DNA from: Eledone cirrhosa
Taxonomy: Eukaryota
DNA: 64,000 nucleotides
Assembly (NCBI GenBank): GCA_964016885.1
Contig: OZ024762.1
Coordinates: 28,024,001 to 28,088,000, forward strand
Direction: 5' to 3'
A model generated the notes under the pieces. The model had not been told where the DNA came from. It searched no databases and was given only the letters and a program-made list of their open reading frames with translations. Every line of letters starts with the position of its first letter. Position 1 is the stretch's first letter. The position numbers and the translations under genes were made by a program. Positions 41,881 to 57,092 of this stretch are shown piece by piece.

Positions 41881-42679
41881 TATGTATATATATATATGTG
41901 TGTGTATGTGTGTGTCTAGAGTGAAAGTGATATACCCACCCACTAGTTTTAAATTTAGGTTGTATTTTTTTTTCAACTAAATTCTGAGACAGAGAAACGT
42001 CTTAACGAAATCTGCCTCATTGTTGGCTCTGTTATTGTGTTTATTGGTTTTCAAATGATCGATCTGCACACGCACGCACGCACGCGCGCACACACACATA
42101 AACACATATACATATATATGCGCATACACACACACCCACACACACATATACATACACACACACATGCACACATATATATATACACATACACACACACATA
42201 CACACACGCACATCAGACGATTGATTTCTAGTATGGTGTTCGTTTGACTGACATACACATCATGGACGGTTAATGTTTTTTTTTTTTTAATGATTTCGGT
42301 ACCCCAGCCCTTCCCTCCCCCTCAGAAACATAACGACAGAAGCTCTACCACCACCACGCCACCGCCGCCATTAGGAATGGATGGCGATCATATCGAACCA
42401 ATAAGCTTCCAGAGATCGCAGCCAAATCTTTCTCAAATTACATCCTATTGTCTTTTTTTATTTTTGTTTTTAAATGTTACGTTTGATCACGTGTTCCTTG
42501 GTTCTTGTATGTATGCTAGAAAAAAAAGATGAAGAGACCACGACTGGAGTGTTTGGTATGAGCTGGATGGGTTGTCACGGTCTGAGACCAGACATGGCTG
42601 GATAACTACGCCTTCTTCATATGTTCCATATTTTGGTATGGTTTCTACAACTGGATGCTTTTCGTAATACCAACCACTT

Positions 42680-43240
42680 TACAGAGTGTACCGAGTGCAT
42701 TTTATTGTGGCACCAGTACTGCTACTTTCCATAGTAGACTGGGTGTATTTTAACATGGCACCAGCACTACTTTCCAGAGTGGACTGGGTGCATTTTAACG
42801 TGGAACCAGCACTACTACTTTCCAGGGTGTACTGGGTGCATTTTAACGTGGAAGCAGCACTACTACTTTCCAGAGTGTACTGGGTGCATTTTGACGTGGA
42901 ACCAGCACTACTACTTTACAGAGTGTACTGGGTGCATTTTAGTGTGGCACCAGCACTACTACTTTCCAGACTGTACTAGGTGCATTTTATTGTGGTACCA
43001 GCACTACTTTCCAGAGTGGACTGGGTGTATTTTAAAATGGAACCAGCCCTACAACTTTACAGAGTGTACTGGGTGCATTTTATTGTGGCACCAGCACTAC
43101 TTTCCAGAGTGGACTGTGTGTATTTTAACGTGGAACCAGCTTTACCACTTTCAAGAGTATACTGGTTGCGTTTTATCATGGCAATAGCACTCTGAATTTA
43201 CAGAGTGTACTGGGTGCATTTTATGGTTGCATCAGCACAA
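42680..43240. repeat. 45-48 bp minisatellite related to the RTE/SINE 3' UTR
   Basis: About 12 units of cactactactttccagagtgtactgggtgcattttaacgtggaaccag. A related array lies at 55195-55380. Confidence 0.85.
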
Positions 43241-44446
43241 AGGTTATGTAGTTCTTGACAAGACCAGAGGTTCCACTGCACCCTAAGTTTGTCAACCTGT
43301 CTTATCCACTGCTGGCTAAAAAGGGGGACCAATCCACCTCATGAAAGCTCAAATCCCTCACAACATTTACATTTAGTGTTACCATCGCCAGGCTTGTACT
43401 GATGGGTGGGTCTTTTCTAGGCCAGCAAGTCACCAAACATTGTAACCCTTTTACATATAGTGTCACCATGCTTGGATTGATAGGTGGGTCTTTTTCTAGC
43501 CCAGTGAATTTCCAGATATTGGTACCCCTTTACAACATTTAATTGTTTCTACTTTTGGCACAAGGACAGCAATTACCCCAGTGCATTACTCGTACTTTAT
43601 TTTATCGACACCTTAAGAATGAAATGCAAAGTTAACCTCGGTGAGATTTGAACTCAGAACGTAAAGGGTTGTAACCCCTTTACAACATTTAGTGTCACCA
43701 TCAGCATGCATGTACTGGTGGGTGGGTCTTTTCTAACCCAGTGAGTCACCTGACATTGGAAGCCCTTGTTATCTTTGCAGGGTTCAGTTTCTTGAAATTC
43801 TTCTTCAAAACATCAACTCATGTCTACCTCAGTACCCGCATCTCCCTCGGTACCCACTCTTCCTGAGTACCCGCGCCTGGCTCGGTACCCGCATCTCCCT
43901 CGGTACCCATGTCTTCCTCGGTACCCGCGTCTCTCGATACCCATGTCTCCTTCATCCTTTGGTTCTATTACCTTCAGGTACTTGTCTCGTTATACAGCAC
44001 TTGTAGACATAGGTACCAAGGTAGACAGGTATCAAGATATTGGCCCTGAGGTAGACATAGGTACCAAGACAGCCAAGGTGTAAGTACTGAGGTAGACATG
44101 TCAATACCAACAGTCTTCTCTTGCATACACACACACACATGCACACGCACACCAAGTAAACTTGGTGGGGTTACCAGTTTAGTTGGCGACGACCCGACCA
44201 CGCGACAGGTTGTACTGGTTTACGTTACCAGTAGCACTCAAGTATATATATATATATATATATATATACTTACATATGTACGTACATAAATACATATGTA
44301 TGTATGTACGTACATAAATACATATGTATGTACGTACATACATACATACATATGTATGTATGTACGTACATACATACATACATATGTATGTATGTACGTA
44401 CATATGCACGGATATACATACATGTACACTGGTACATACATACAGG

Positions 44447-44477
<31 letters not shown>

Positions 44478-44887
44478 ATATTAAATAAATGGAATCTATA
44501 TTTATAAAACCATATTTTATAAATATAGTTTCCATTTATTAATACCATTGATATTATACTCCAGAAAACTGTAGAGTGCTTCGAATCTGTTATAAATAAA
44601 TTTGTTGAATAACGAACAAATTAAATATCTCTTTGCTAATATATATATATATATATATATATACAGATACACATACATATATATCTATATATGTATATAC
44701 ATACAGATGTAGTGATACAATCATATATACTCACATACATACACACACACACACATATACACAGATAACCTAATACTTAATTTAATTGCACTAATATCAG
44801 TTAGAATCTAGACTGTGTATCACTAATTAGAGATAAATCATTAAAGTCAACTATTGTACGAGTATGGATATTTATATATATATATAA

Positions 44888-44932
<45 letters not shown>

Positions 44933-45070
44933 CATATATGTGAATGTTTGTGTGTGTATATATATATATGTGTATATGCTGTATACTATATACAACTTTT
45001 CATGCTGACATATGTTGAATGATCGTGGTTCATAAAATGTCCCACCTGTTGCCTGCATGTTACAATGACA

Positions 45071-45106
<36 letters not shown>

Positions 45107-45484
45107 TCATCATCATCGTTTAACTTCCACTTTCCATGCAAGCATGGGTTAGACAGGTTGGCTCATTGAAGCAATTTGGGCCAGGTGACCATGTCTTGCT
45201 CATACAGAACTGTTTCTGGCTCGGTTTCTATTGCTGGATGCCCTTCCTAACACAAACCACATTTCCAGTGGGTACTGGGTGCTTTTTGTCATGACTACTT
45301 CACAGTGTGGGCTGGGTGCTTTTTGTCAGGACACCTTCATGACCACTTTACAGTGTGGACTGGGTACTTTTATATATGTATGTATGCAAAAAGTAAACAG
45401 AAACAACAAAACAAACAGCACAGTACAATGAAGAAGTATATTAGTTTAATACTTGATATACTATATATTTCTTATGTTACACAC

Positions 45485-46130
45485 TTAATCCTGAGACCTC
45501 AAACACTCCTTCCAGCAGGTCCTGTTCGAAGCAAGCATCTCCAACTGATCTGGCTGGATCCCCAAGCGTGACCAGCCAAGCTCATCAATGTTATCGAACC
45601 ATCTTGTCTGGGGGGTGTCTACACCTAGGGCTCCTGTCAGTTGGTTTTGACCATAAAATCTGTCCAGCATTTCTTTCCTGAGACATTCTAACCACATGCC
45701 CATAGTATCGGAACTGTGATCTCTCAATACAGAGAAGTAGCAGCTCTACCTGGAGTGACTCTCCAATGATTCTTTCCTGAGACATTCTAACCACATTCCC
45801 ATAGTATCAGAGCTGTGATCTCTAAATTCAGAGAAGTAGCGGCTCCACCTGGAGTGACTCTCTGATCTTTGAGCTTCAAATCTGTCCAGCGATTCTTTCT
45901 TGAGACATTCTAACCACATGCCCAAAGTATCGGAGCTGTGATCTCTCAATTTGGAAATGTAGTGGCTCTACCTGGAGTAACTCTCCGATCTCCAAGCTAT
46001 GCACTTTATCGAGTAATGTTATTCCAAAGACCGTTCGGAGGAACCCCCATTTCGGCCACTTGTATTCCTGATAGTATTCTTTTGGTCATTACCTAAGATT
46101 CATGACCATAGGTAAAGGTTGGCACAAATA
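45485..46130 (-). mobile_element. RTE-type 3' fragment with internal tandem duplications
   Basis: QFRYYGHVVRMSQER repeated about three times, plus TRWFDNIDELGWSRLGI. Confidence 0.7.
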
Positions 46131-46167
46131 CCAAATTGAAGAGTTTGGCATTTACACCTAAATATTG

Positions 46168-46378
46168 GTTTCTAGTATAGGCACAAGGCCAGCAATTTTG
46201 GGAGAGGGGGAAGTCGATTAAATCGACCCCAGTGCATGACTGGTACTTTATTATATCAACCCCGAAAGGATGAAAGGCAAAGTTAACCTCGGCAGGATTT
46301 GAACTCGGATCATAAAGGGCCTCACTCTATGCTGTAAAGCATGGTGTCTGAACCTCTACCAATACTGCCAATCCACCT
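46168..46378 (-). mobile_element. tRNA-derived SINE (representative copy)
   Basis: Minus strand has A-box tggcagtattgg, B-box gagttcaaatcc and body ttgcctttcatcctttcgggg...aaagtaccagt. Other copies near 43543, 47688, 48772, 49662, 50707, 53120, 53375, 53740(+), 54555 and 55897. Confidence 0.85.
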
Positions 46379-49300
46379 AAATGAAACTATATATATCTAC
46401 ACTATATATATATCTACATTATACACCCTCTCTACACTATATATATATCTACACTAGACACCCTCTCTACATTATACACCCTCTCTACACTATATATATA
46501 TCTACACTAGACACCCTCTCTACACTATATATATCTACACTATACACCCTCTCTACATTATATATATCTACACTATACACCCTCTCTACATTATATATAT
46601 CTACACTATACACCCTCTCTACACTATATATATATCTACACTATACACCCTCTCTACATTATATATATCTACACTATACACCCTCTCTACATTATATATA
46701 TCTACACTATACACCCTCTCTACATTATATATATATATCTACACTATACACCCTCTCTACAATATACACCCTCTCTACACTATACACCCTCTCTACAATA
46801 TGTATCTCTACACTATACACCCTCTCTACAATATGTATCTCTACACTATACACCCTCTCTACACTATATATATATCTACACTAAACACCCTCTCTACATT
46901 ATACACCCTCTCTACACTATACACCCTCTCTACAATATGTATCTCTACACTATACACCCTCTCTACACTATATATATCTACACTAGACACCCTCTCTACA
47001 CTATATATATCTACACTAGACACCCTCTCTACACTATATATATCTACACTATACACCCTCTCTACATTATATATATCTACACTATACACCCTCTCTACAT
47101 TATATATATCTACACTATACACCCTCTCTACATTATATATATATATCTACACTATACACCCTCTCTACACTATATATATATCTACATTATACACCCTCTC
47201 TACACTATATATATATCTACACTATACACCCTCTCTACACTATATATATATCTACACTAAACACCCTCTCTACATTATACACCCTCTCTACACTATACAC
47301 CCTCTCTACAATATGTATCTCTACATTATACACCCTCTCTACACTATATATATATCTACACTAGACACCCTCTCTACACTATATATATATCTACACTAGA
47401 CACCCTCTCTACATTATACACCCTCTCTACACTATATATATCTACACTATATATATCTACACTATATATATCTACACTATATATATCTACACTAGACACC
47501 CTCTCTACATTATACACCCTCTCTACACTATATATATCTACACTATATATATCTACACTATATATATCTCTACACTATACACCCTCTCTACACTATATAT
47601 ATCTACACTATACACCCTCTCTACACTATATATATCTACACTATACACCCTCTTTGGCAGGTGCTGTAGAAGAGGCTATTTAATAGTTGTTTCTACTTTT
47701 GGCACAAGGCCAGCAATTACCCAGTGTATTACTGGTACTTTATTTTATCAACTCCGTAAGGATGAAAGGCAAAGTTAACCTCTGCGGGATTTGAACTCGG
47801 ACCATAAAGGGACGTCACTCTTTGCTGCAAAGCATGGCGTCTGACGCTCTACCGATACTGGCAATAATGTATCTTTAAGTTTGAGTTGTTTCTGTCACAC
47901 AATGGAATAGCAAGCTATGTTGTCTGATGGATTCCATGCTGTCCTAAAACTAGAGAAGAATGGGCAATCTATGTATAAATTTGAGCGACTTCTGTCTGTC
48001 CGTCACACAGTGTGTGTATTTGTGTGTGGGAATGTATGTCTTTAAAATGAAGGATGGGCAGGGTGAAAAACTATAGCAAAACAGTGGCTGGTGTTCCATT
48101 TGCTACACTGTGTGAGTGTGCTTGTGTGAATGTGTGTGTGCTTGTGTGAATGTATGTGTGTGTTTGTGTAAATGTATGTGAATGTCTTGAACGTATTTTT
48201 GTAAGTTGTCTGTGTTTGCACATTTATATGTATATACTCATACATATAGATGTATGTATATGCACATACACACATGCACACATAAATACACATACGCGTC
48301 AGCGTGTTGAAAAAAACTCTAGTAAATAAAAAGACAGGTTGGTCATATTTGGATCATATTTGATAATGGGTCTGCTGGATCAAGGTTGTCCTAGGGTTAT
48401 ACAACAAGAACATTTAAACTTACCCTACACCCACTAATATATTTTTACACCTTGTCTACTCCAGTCTAGCGGAGCCAATCAAATTTACTTTAAATAAATA
48501 TTTGATTACCTCTGGACACTGTGAAATGGTGATGATGGTGGTGGTGATGGTGATGGTGATGGTGGTGGTGATGGTGGTGGTGATGGTGGTGATGGTGGTG
48601 GTGATGGTGGTGGTGATGGTGGTGGTGATGGTGGTGATGGTGGTGGTGGTGATGGTGGTGGTGATGGTGGTGATGGTGGTGGTGATGGTGGTGGTGATGG
48701 TGGTGGTGATGGTGGTGATGGTGGTGGTGGTGGTGGTGATGGTGGTGATAGTAATGATAGTTGTGATAATGGTTTCTACTTTTGGCACAAGGCCAGCAAT
48801 TAACCCAGTGTATTACTGGTACTTTATTTTATCAACCTTGTAAGGATGAAAAGCAAAGTTAACCTCGGCAGGATTTGAACTCAGATCATAAAGGGCCGTC
48901 ACTCTATGCTGTAAAGCATGGTGTCTGAACCTCTACCAATACTGCCAATCCACCTAAATGAAACTATATATATCTACACTATATATATATCTACACTAGA
49001 CACTCTCTCAACACTATATATATATCTACACTAGACACTCTCTCAACACTATATATATATCTACATTATACACCCTCTCAACACTATATATATATCTACA
49101 CTAGACACCCTCTCTACACTATATATATATCTACACTAGACACTCTCTCTACACTATATATATATCTACATTATACACCCTCTCTACACTATATATATAT
49201 CTACATTATACACCCTCTCAACACTATATATATATCTACACTATACACCCTCTCTACACTATATATATATCTACATTATACACCCTCTCTACACTATATA

Positions 49301-50894
49301 TATATCTACATTATACACCCTCTCTACACTATATATATCTACACTAGACACCCTCTCTACACTATATATATCTACACTATACACCCTCGTTACACTATAT
49401 ATCTCTACACTATACACCCTCTCTACACTATATATATCTACACTATACACCCTCACTACACTATATATATCTACACTATACACCCTCTCTACACTATACA
49501 CCCGCTCCATAATATACACCCTCTCTACACTATACACCCTCTCTACACTATATATATCTACACTATACACCCTCTCTACACTATATATATCTACACTATA
49601 CACCCTCTCTACACTATACACCCTCTTTGGCAGGTGCTGTAGAAGAGGCTATTTAATAGTTGTTTCTACTTTTGGCACAAGGCCAGCAATCACCCAGTGT
49701 ATTACTGGTACTTTATTTTATCAACCCCGTAAGGATGAAAGGCAAAGTTAACCTCTGCGGGATTTGAACTCAGACCATAAAGGGACGTCACTCTTTGCTG
49801 CAAAGCATGGCGTCTGACGCTCTACCGATACTGGCAATAATGTATCTTTAAGTTTGAGTTGTTTCTGTCACACAATGGAATAGCAAGCTATGTTGTCTGA
49901 TGGATTCCATGCTGTCCTAAAACTAGAGAAGAATGGGCAATCTATGTATAAATTTGAGCGACTTCTGTCTGTCCGTCACACAGTGTGTGTATTTGTGTGT
50001 GGGAATGTATGTCTTTAAAATGAAGGATGGGCAGGGTGAAAAACTATAGCAAAACAGTGGCTGGTGTTCCATTTGCTACACTGTGTGAGTGTGCTTGTGT
50101 GAATGTGTGTGTGCTTGTGTGAATGTATGTGTGTGTTTGTGTAAATGTATGTGTTTGTGTGAATGTTTGTGTAAATGTATGTCTGTTTGTGTGAATGTTT
50201 GTGTAAATGTATGTGAATGCCTGTGAGCGTATTTTTGTAAGTTGTCTGTGTTTGCACATTTATATGTATATACTCATACATATAAATGTATGTATATGCA
50301 CATACACACATGCACACATAAATACACATACGCGTCAGCGTGTTGAAAAAAACTCTAGTAAATAAAAAGACAGGTTGGTCATATTTGGATCATATTTGAT
50401 AATGGGTCTGCTGGATCAAGGTTGTCCTAGGGTTATACAACAAGAACATTTAAACTTACCCTACACCCACTAATATATTTTTACACCTTGTCTACTCCAG
50501 TCTAGCGGAGCCAATCAAATTTACTTTCAATAAATATTTGATTACCTCTGGACACTGTGAAATGGTGATGATGGTGGTGGTGGTGATGGTGATGGTGGTG
50601 GTGATGGTGGTGATGGTGGTGATGGTGGTGGTGATGGTGGTGATGGTGGTGATGGTGGTGGTGGTGGTGGTGATGGTGGTGATAGTAATGATAGTTGTGA
50701 TAATGGTTTCTACTTTTGGCACAAGGCCAGCAATTAACCCAGTGTATTACTGGTACTTTGCTTTTCATCCTTACAAGGTTGATAAAATAAAGTTAACCTC
50801 GGCAGGATTTGAACTCAGATCATAAAGGGCCGTCACTCTATGCTGTAAAGCATGGTGTCTGAACCTCTACCAATACTGCCAATCCACCTAAATG

Positions 50895-53085
50895 AAACTA
50901 TATATATCTACACTATATATATATCTACATTATACACCCTCAACACTATATATATATCTACACTAGACACCCTCTCTACACTATATATATATCTACATTA
51001 TACACCCTCTCTACACTATATATATATCTACATTATACACCCTCTCAACACTATATATATATCTACACTAGACACCCTCTCTACACTATATATATATCTA
51101 CATTATACACCCTCTCTACACTATATATATATCTACATTATACACCCTCTCTACACTATATATATATCTACACTAGACACCCTCTCTACATTATACACTC
51201 TCTCAACACTATATATATATCTACATTATACACCCTCTCTACACTATATATATATATCTACACTAGACACCCTCTCTACACTATATATATATCTACATTA
51301 TACACCCTCTCTACACTATATATATATCTACACTAGACACCCTCTCTACATTATACACCCTCTCTACAATATATATATCTACACTAGACACCCTCTCTAC
51401 ACTATATATCTCTACACTATACACCCTCGCTACACTATATATATCTACACTATACACCCTCTCTACACTATATCTCTACACTATACACCCTCTCTACACT
51501 ATATATATATCTACACTAGACACCCTCTCTACATTATACACCCTCTCTACACTATATATATCTCTACACTATACACCCTCTCTACAATATATATATCTAC
51601 ATTATACACCCTCTCTACACTATATATATCTACACTATACACCCTCTCTACATTATATATATCTACACTATACACCCTCTCCATACTATATACCCCCTCC
51701 ATACTATACACCCTCTCCATACTATACACCCTCTCTACACTATACACCCTCTCCATACTATACACCTTCTCCATACTATATACCCCCTCCATACTATACA
51801 CCCTCTCCATACTATACACCCTCTCCATACTATACACCCTCTCTACACTATACACCCTCTCCATACTATATACCCCCTCCATACTATACACCCTCTCCAT
51901 ACTATACACCCTCTCTACACTATACACCCTCTCCATACTATACACCCTCTCCATACTATACACCCTCTCCATACTATACACCTTCTCCATACTATATACC
52001 CCCTCCATACTATACACCCTCTCCATACTATATACCCCCTCCATACTATACACCCTCTCCATACTATATACCCCCTCCATACTATACACCCTCTCCATAC
52101 TATATACCCCCTCCATACTATACACCCTCTCCATACTATATACCCCCTCCATACTATACACCCTCTCCATACTATACACCCTCTCCATACTATACACCCT
52201 CTCCATACTATACACCTTCTCCATACTATATACCCCCTCCATACTATACACCCTCTCCATACTATACACCCTCTCCATACTATACACCCTCTCTACACTA
52301 TACACCCTCTCCATACTATATACCCCCTCCATACTATACACCCTCTCCATACTATACACCCTCTCTACACTATACACCCTCTCCATACTATACACCCTCT
52401 CCATACTATACACCCTCTCCATACTATACACCTTCTCCATACTATATACCCCCTCCATACTATACACCCTCTCCATACTATATACCCCCTCCATACTATA
52501 CACCCTCTCCATACTATACACCCTCTCTACACTATACACCCTCTCCATACTATACACCCTCTCTACACTATACACCCGCTCCATACTATACACCCTCTCT
52601 ACACTATACACCCTCTCCATACTATACACCCTCTCTACACTATACACCCTCTCCATACTATATACCCCCTCCATACTATACACCCTCTCCATACTATACA
52701 CCCTCTCTACACTATACACCCTCTCCATACTATACACCCTCTCTACACTATACACCCTCTCCATACTATACACCCTCTCTACACTATACACCCTCTCCAT
52801 ACTATACACCCTCTCTACACTATACACCCTCTCCATACTATACACCCTCTCTACACTATACACCCTCTCCATACTATACACCCTCTCTACACTATACACC
52901 CTCTCCATACTATACACCCTCTCTACACTATACACCCTCTCCATACTATACACCCTCTCTACACTATACACCCTCTCCATACTATACACCCTCTCTACAC
53001 TATACACCCTCTCCATACTATACACCCTCTCTACACTATACACCCGCTCCATACTATACACCCTCTCTACACTATACACCCTCTT
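50895..53085. repeat. 18-bp minisatellite (ctacactatacaccctct / ccatactatacaccctct)
   Basis: Read directly from the sequence. Related arrays lie at 46385-47652 and 48962-49625. Confidence 0.95.
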
Positions 53086-54811
53086 TGGCAGGTGCTGTAG
53101 AAGAGGATATTTAATAGTTGTTTCTACTTTTGGCACAAGGTCAGCAATCCCCCAGTGTATTACTGGTACTTTATTTTATCAACCTCGTAAGGATGAAAGG
53201 CAAAGTTAACTTCGGCAGGATTTGAACTCAGACCATAAAGGGACGTCACTCTATGCTGTAAAGCATGGTGTCCGACCCTCTACCGATACTGCCAATTCAC
53301 TGTGATAATGATGATTGGTGGTGGTGGTGGCGGCGGTGGCGGCGGTGGTGGTGGTGGCGGCGGCGATAATAATTGTTTCCACTTTTGACACAAGGCCAGC
53401 ATAACCCCAGTACATTACTGGTACTTTATTTTATAAAGGCAAAGTTAACCTAGGCGGAATTTGCAACCAGAACGTAAAGGGCCATAACTCTATGCTGCAA
53501 AGCATGGTGTCCGACCTTGTGATGGCAGTAATAATAATAATGTTGATGATTATTAGGGTGGTGGTGGTGATGATAATAACGATGATTAGGATAATGGTTT
53601 CTTTATTAGCCACACAGGGCTCACATTAAGGAAACATTAAAGACAGTACAGGACGATAGTGTGGGGTTGGGGTTTATCTTTGTGTAAATATATTTATTAA
53701 CCAGACAGACTTACAAATAGAATACAGTAAGCATTCTAAAATATCGGTAGAGGGTCGGATGCCATGCTTTCCAGCATAGTTACCTCCCTTTACGGTCTGA
53801 GTCGAGGTTAACTTTGCCTTTCATCCTTACGGGGTCGATAAAATAAAGTACCAGTAATGTACTGGTGGATGTGGTGTCTGGGAGACAGTTATATGAAAGA
53901 CCTTGACAGGTTTGCAGTCGAGCCCCTAACAGTGGAGACTTATGGTGTCCTTGACCATAGGGCTACCTCCCTACTTACCATAGGCGCTGAGCTGGCTAGC
54001 TAGCTGGTGTGGGCATTGCGAGAGGGAATGGCTCTTCCCGTGCATCTCCCTTACCATCCTCCAGGGAAACACCTTCTCCATTCTGTCTGCTGGGGCCCTG
54101 GGGTGGCCAGCATGTGGGACCCCATTTGTTCATAATACAGAGAGATGACTGCGATGACAGGGGTAGTTTGGCTCTTCTGTGTTTGGACCTGGTGTGCAGC
54201 ATCAGTTGTCTGTAAGGAGGTAGAGATTCATATATATATATTAATATATATATATACCATATAAAAGCAAAGAACATTTTAAAGTGGGTATAAATAGATA
54301 GTGTATGAAAGACCAGAGTAAGGGTATGGTTAGAGGTGGTGTCTGGGAGACACTTATATGAGAGGCCTGGGGATATAGATAGATGTGGTGTCTGGGAGAA
54401 ACAGTTGTATGAAAGGCCAGGGGTAGGGGGTATAAATGGATGTGGTGTAGGGGAGACAGTTGTATAAAAGACACCCAGGAGTAGGGTTGATATACAATAG
54501 ATGGAGTAATTTGATAAAACAAAGTGATAAATATTTAAGAGATTAATAATAATTGTTTCTATTTTGGCACAAGGCCAGCAATTACCCAGTGCATTACTGG
54601 TACTTTGCTTTTCATCCTTACGGGGTCGATAAAATAAAGTCAACCTTGGCGGGATTTGAACTCAGATCGTAAAGGGACGTAACTATGCTGGATAGCATGG
54701 CGTCCGACCCTCTACCGATACTGCCAATCCACCAATAATTCCATAGGAGTGTCCTTTCATACATATGTGTTTTAAAGAAAGGTGTTACAAAACCATGTGG
54801 GGATATATAAT

Positions 54812-55200
54812 CGTCATCATCATCATCATCACTATCATCACCACTATCATCATTATTACAATCGCCATCACCACCACCATCAGTATCAACATCACCAGCA
54901 TCAACATCACCACCATCAGCATCATCATCACCGCCATCAGCATCATCATCACCGCCACCAGCATCATCACCATCACGATCACCACCACCACCACCACCAC
55001 CATCACCACCATCACCGCCACCACCATCACCACCACCACCACCATCACCACCACCATCACCATCATCACCACCACCACCACCACCACCTTCATCATCACC
55101 ACCACCTTCATCATCACCACCACCACCATCAGCATCAACATCATAACCACCACATTCACATTTATCATCATGATTGCCATCACCTCCACCATTACCAGCA
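54812..55200. repeat. (CAC/CAT)n trinucleotide repeat
   Basis: Read directly from the sequence. Complementary-type tracts at 48525-48750 and 50562-50690. Confidence 0.9.
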
Positions 55201-55489
55201 CTACCACTTTACAGTATGTATTTTATTGTGGCACCAGCACAGCCACTTTAGAGTGTACTGGGTGTATTTTATTGTGGCACCACCACTGCTTCTATATAGT
55301 GTAGTGGGTGTGTTTTATTGTGGTGCCAGCACTACCACTTTACAAGTGGATTTTATGATGGCACCAGCACTAGAGTGTGTCATTTCTTTAGCATGACTGA
55401 AGAATCTTTGCTACTCCATAATGCCAGCCACTTTACAGAGTCTACACGGTTCATTTTATCACACTCAAGAGTCCTCATAGGTCCTATAT

Positions 55490-55810
55490 TGTTTGTGTTG
55501 AAACAATGGAGCTAATGGCAAGTGAGGCACTGCCCCTTGGAGAGGATGAAAACTATGCATTGTGGAAATGCCTAAACAGACTAAGATCTGCAAAATGGGG
55601 ATATTTAAAGGATGGGGAGATTGTGTGCGACTGCGGTATCGAACCAGACGATGCAGCACCTCCTGATATGCCCCCTGCTGGAACACCTCTGCACAGTATT
55701 GGACTTGGCAGAGTTTAATGAGAAAGGACAGCAATGTGTTCAGCTGTAGCGGAACCACATCTAGCCAAGCTTTGTAACTGACATTCTTGTGGACATGACA
55801 AGAAGACGAC
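55490..55810 (+). mobile_element. Non-LTR retrotransposon C-terminal fragment with CCHC-like knuckle
   Basis: WKCLNRLRS..KWG...CDCG, then MQHLLIC in a shifted frame. Confidence 0.6.
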
Positions 55811-56070
55811 TCTCGTTTCATCATCGTTTAATGTCCATCTTCCACGCTAGCATGGGTTATATATAACATTGTATATATATAGTGTATATATATATTGTTT
55901 CTACTTTTGGCACAAGGCCAGCAATTACCCAGTGCATTACTGGTACTTTATTTTATCGACCTTGTAAGGATGAAAGGCAAAGTTAACCTCAGCGGGATTT
56001 GAACTCAGAATGGCAAGGGCCGTAACTCTGTTTATATATATATATAATGTTGTTTATTTATATATATATA

Positions 56071-56486
56071 CTAACTGACGTACCCAGCTTCGCCCGAGTA
56101 AACAGATAAGAGAAGACAGGTAATAGAGAAAATGACTGTATTGGATGTTTGTCTGGTTACAGTACGAGGCGAGTCCGTTGGGTCTGTGTGATACAAAAAA
56201 CAGTTTAAAAAATCTTCCAGATATACCAGATTCTTCGTTGTACCGTTTGTGCATAGTATATGAACAATTCTAGGTGCTCCCACCTAGAATAGTGACCTCT
56301 AGGAGATGGTTCATCTTCTGCCTAACTGTAAAACGTGTATCATTGCATAGACGTGGTTGTTCCACATTTCTCAAAAGGATGATGGAAGTTCCAATCTTTT
56401 ATATTATATACATATAATATAAAAGATTGGAACTTCCATCATCCTTTTGAGAAACGTATAGATATAGATAATTAATATAAAAGATG
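56071..56486 (-). mobile_element. Helitron-like terminal segment containing a perfect 88-bp palindrome
   Basis: Minus-strand end ctcgggcgaagctgggtacgtcagTTAG-t. Palindrome at 56367-56454. Confidence 0.55.
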
Positions 56487-57092
56487 TCCGTCAATGTAAA
56501 AAAGGTCCCTATTTACTTGAAATGGTTTATACAAATGCCAAATTGATATGGATAACATGTTTATCTATAAGTGTTCAGCTATAATAATAAAACAACAAAT
56601 TATATGACACAAAAATTTATTCAGTAATTTCCAGGCTCTTAGCCACTGAGTAATAGACGGTCAATATTGCCCAGAGTTCAACTTGGGGAGGTGGCCTGGT
56701 TTGAACTCCAAATGGCGGATCCTTCTACTTCGAAAATAGAATCATTTTTCAATATTACTCTAGCCCTGGCCGGCCATAGGCACCAGACCTTTTGCCAGAC
56801 TCAGCATATGATGAGGTTTTATTACCACCACAATCAGAAGCGATAAATTTGAAGGCAATTTCTACTAATACTTGTTGGTTTTTATTGCTCATTATCGACA
56901 ATAAATAACATTGAACAGAAATGATAACTCTGTCAAAGCTCACAATACTGATCAAAGGACACCAATGTCTGAATCATTTACGTCGAATATTCATAGCAGT
57001 GAAGGCAATTTCTACCAATACTTGTTGGTATTTATTGCGCAACATAGCAGTGAAAGCAATTTTTACCAATACTTGTTTGTTTTTAATGCTCA

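Larger units (their letters stand above)
46168..53300. repeat. Tandem block of about 2.5 compound units (SINE + minisatellite + SINE + unique + GGT/GAT repeat)
   Basis: 47650-48960 is near identical to 49620-50895. Units start at ~46168, ~48772 and ~50707. Confidence 0.9.

Noticed and set aside
42680-43240. CRISPR-like regular array
   Set aside because: The units are contiguous degenerate repeats without unique spacers. There are no cas genes and the context is eukaryotic.
43781-43977. Possible host exon (ttgcag acceptor, ATG, gtactt donor)
   Set aside because: The body is an 18-bp repeat with an inverted counterpart at ~44000-44100. No recognisable protein or partner exons were found.
46168-46378. 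tRNA gene
   Set aside because: The A/B boxes belong to a multi-copy SINE head and there is no complete cloverleaf.
50852-53209. 785-aa and 529-aa repetitive ORFs (STLYTL / SMERVY)
   Set aside because: They arise from an 18-bp minisatellite whose period is divisible by 3. There is no evidence of coding.
48456-55396. Poly-His, Thr, Val and Met ORFs
   Set aside because: Trinucleotide repeats.
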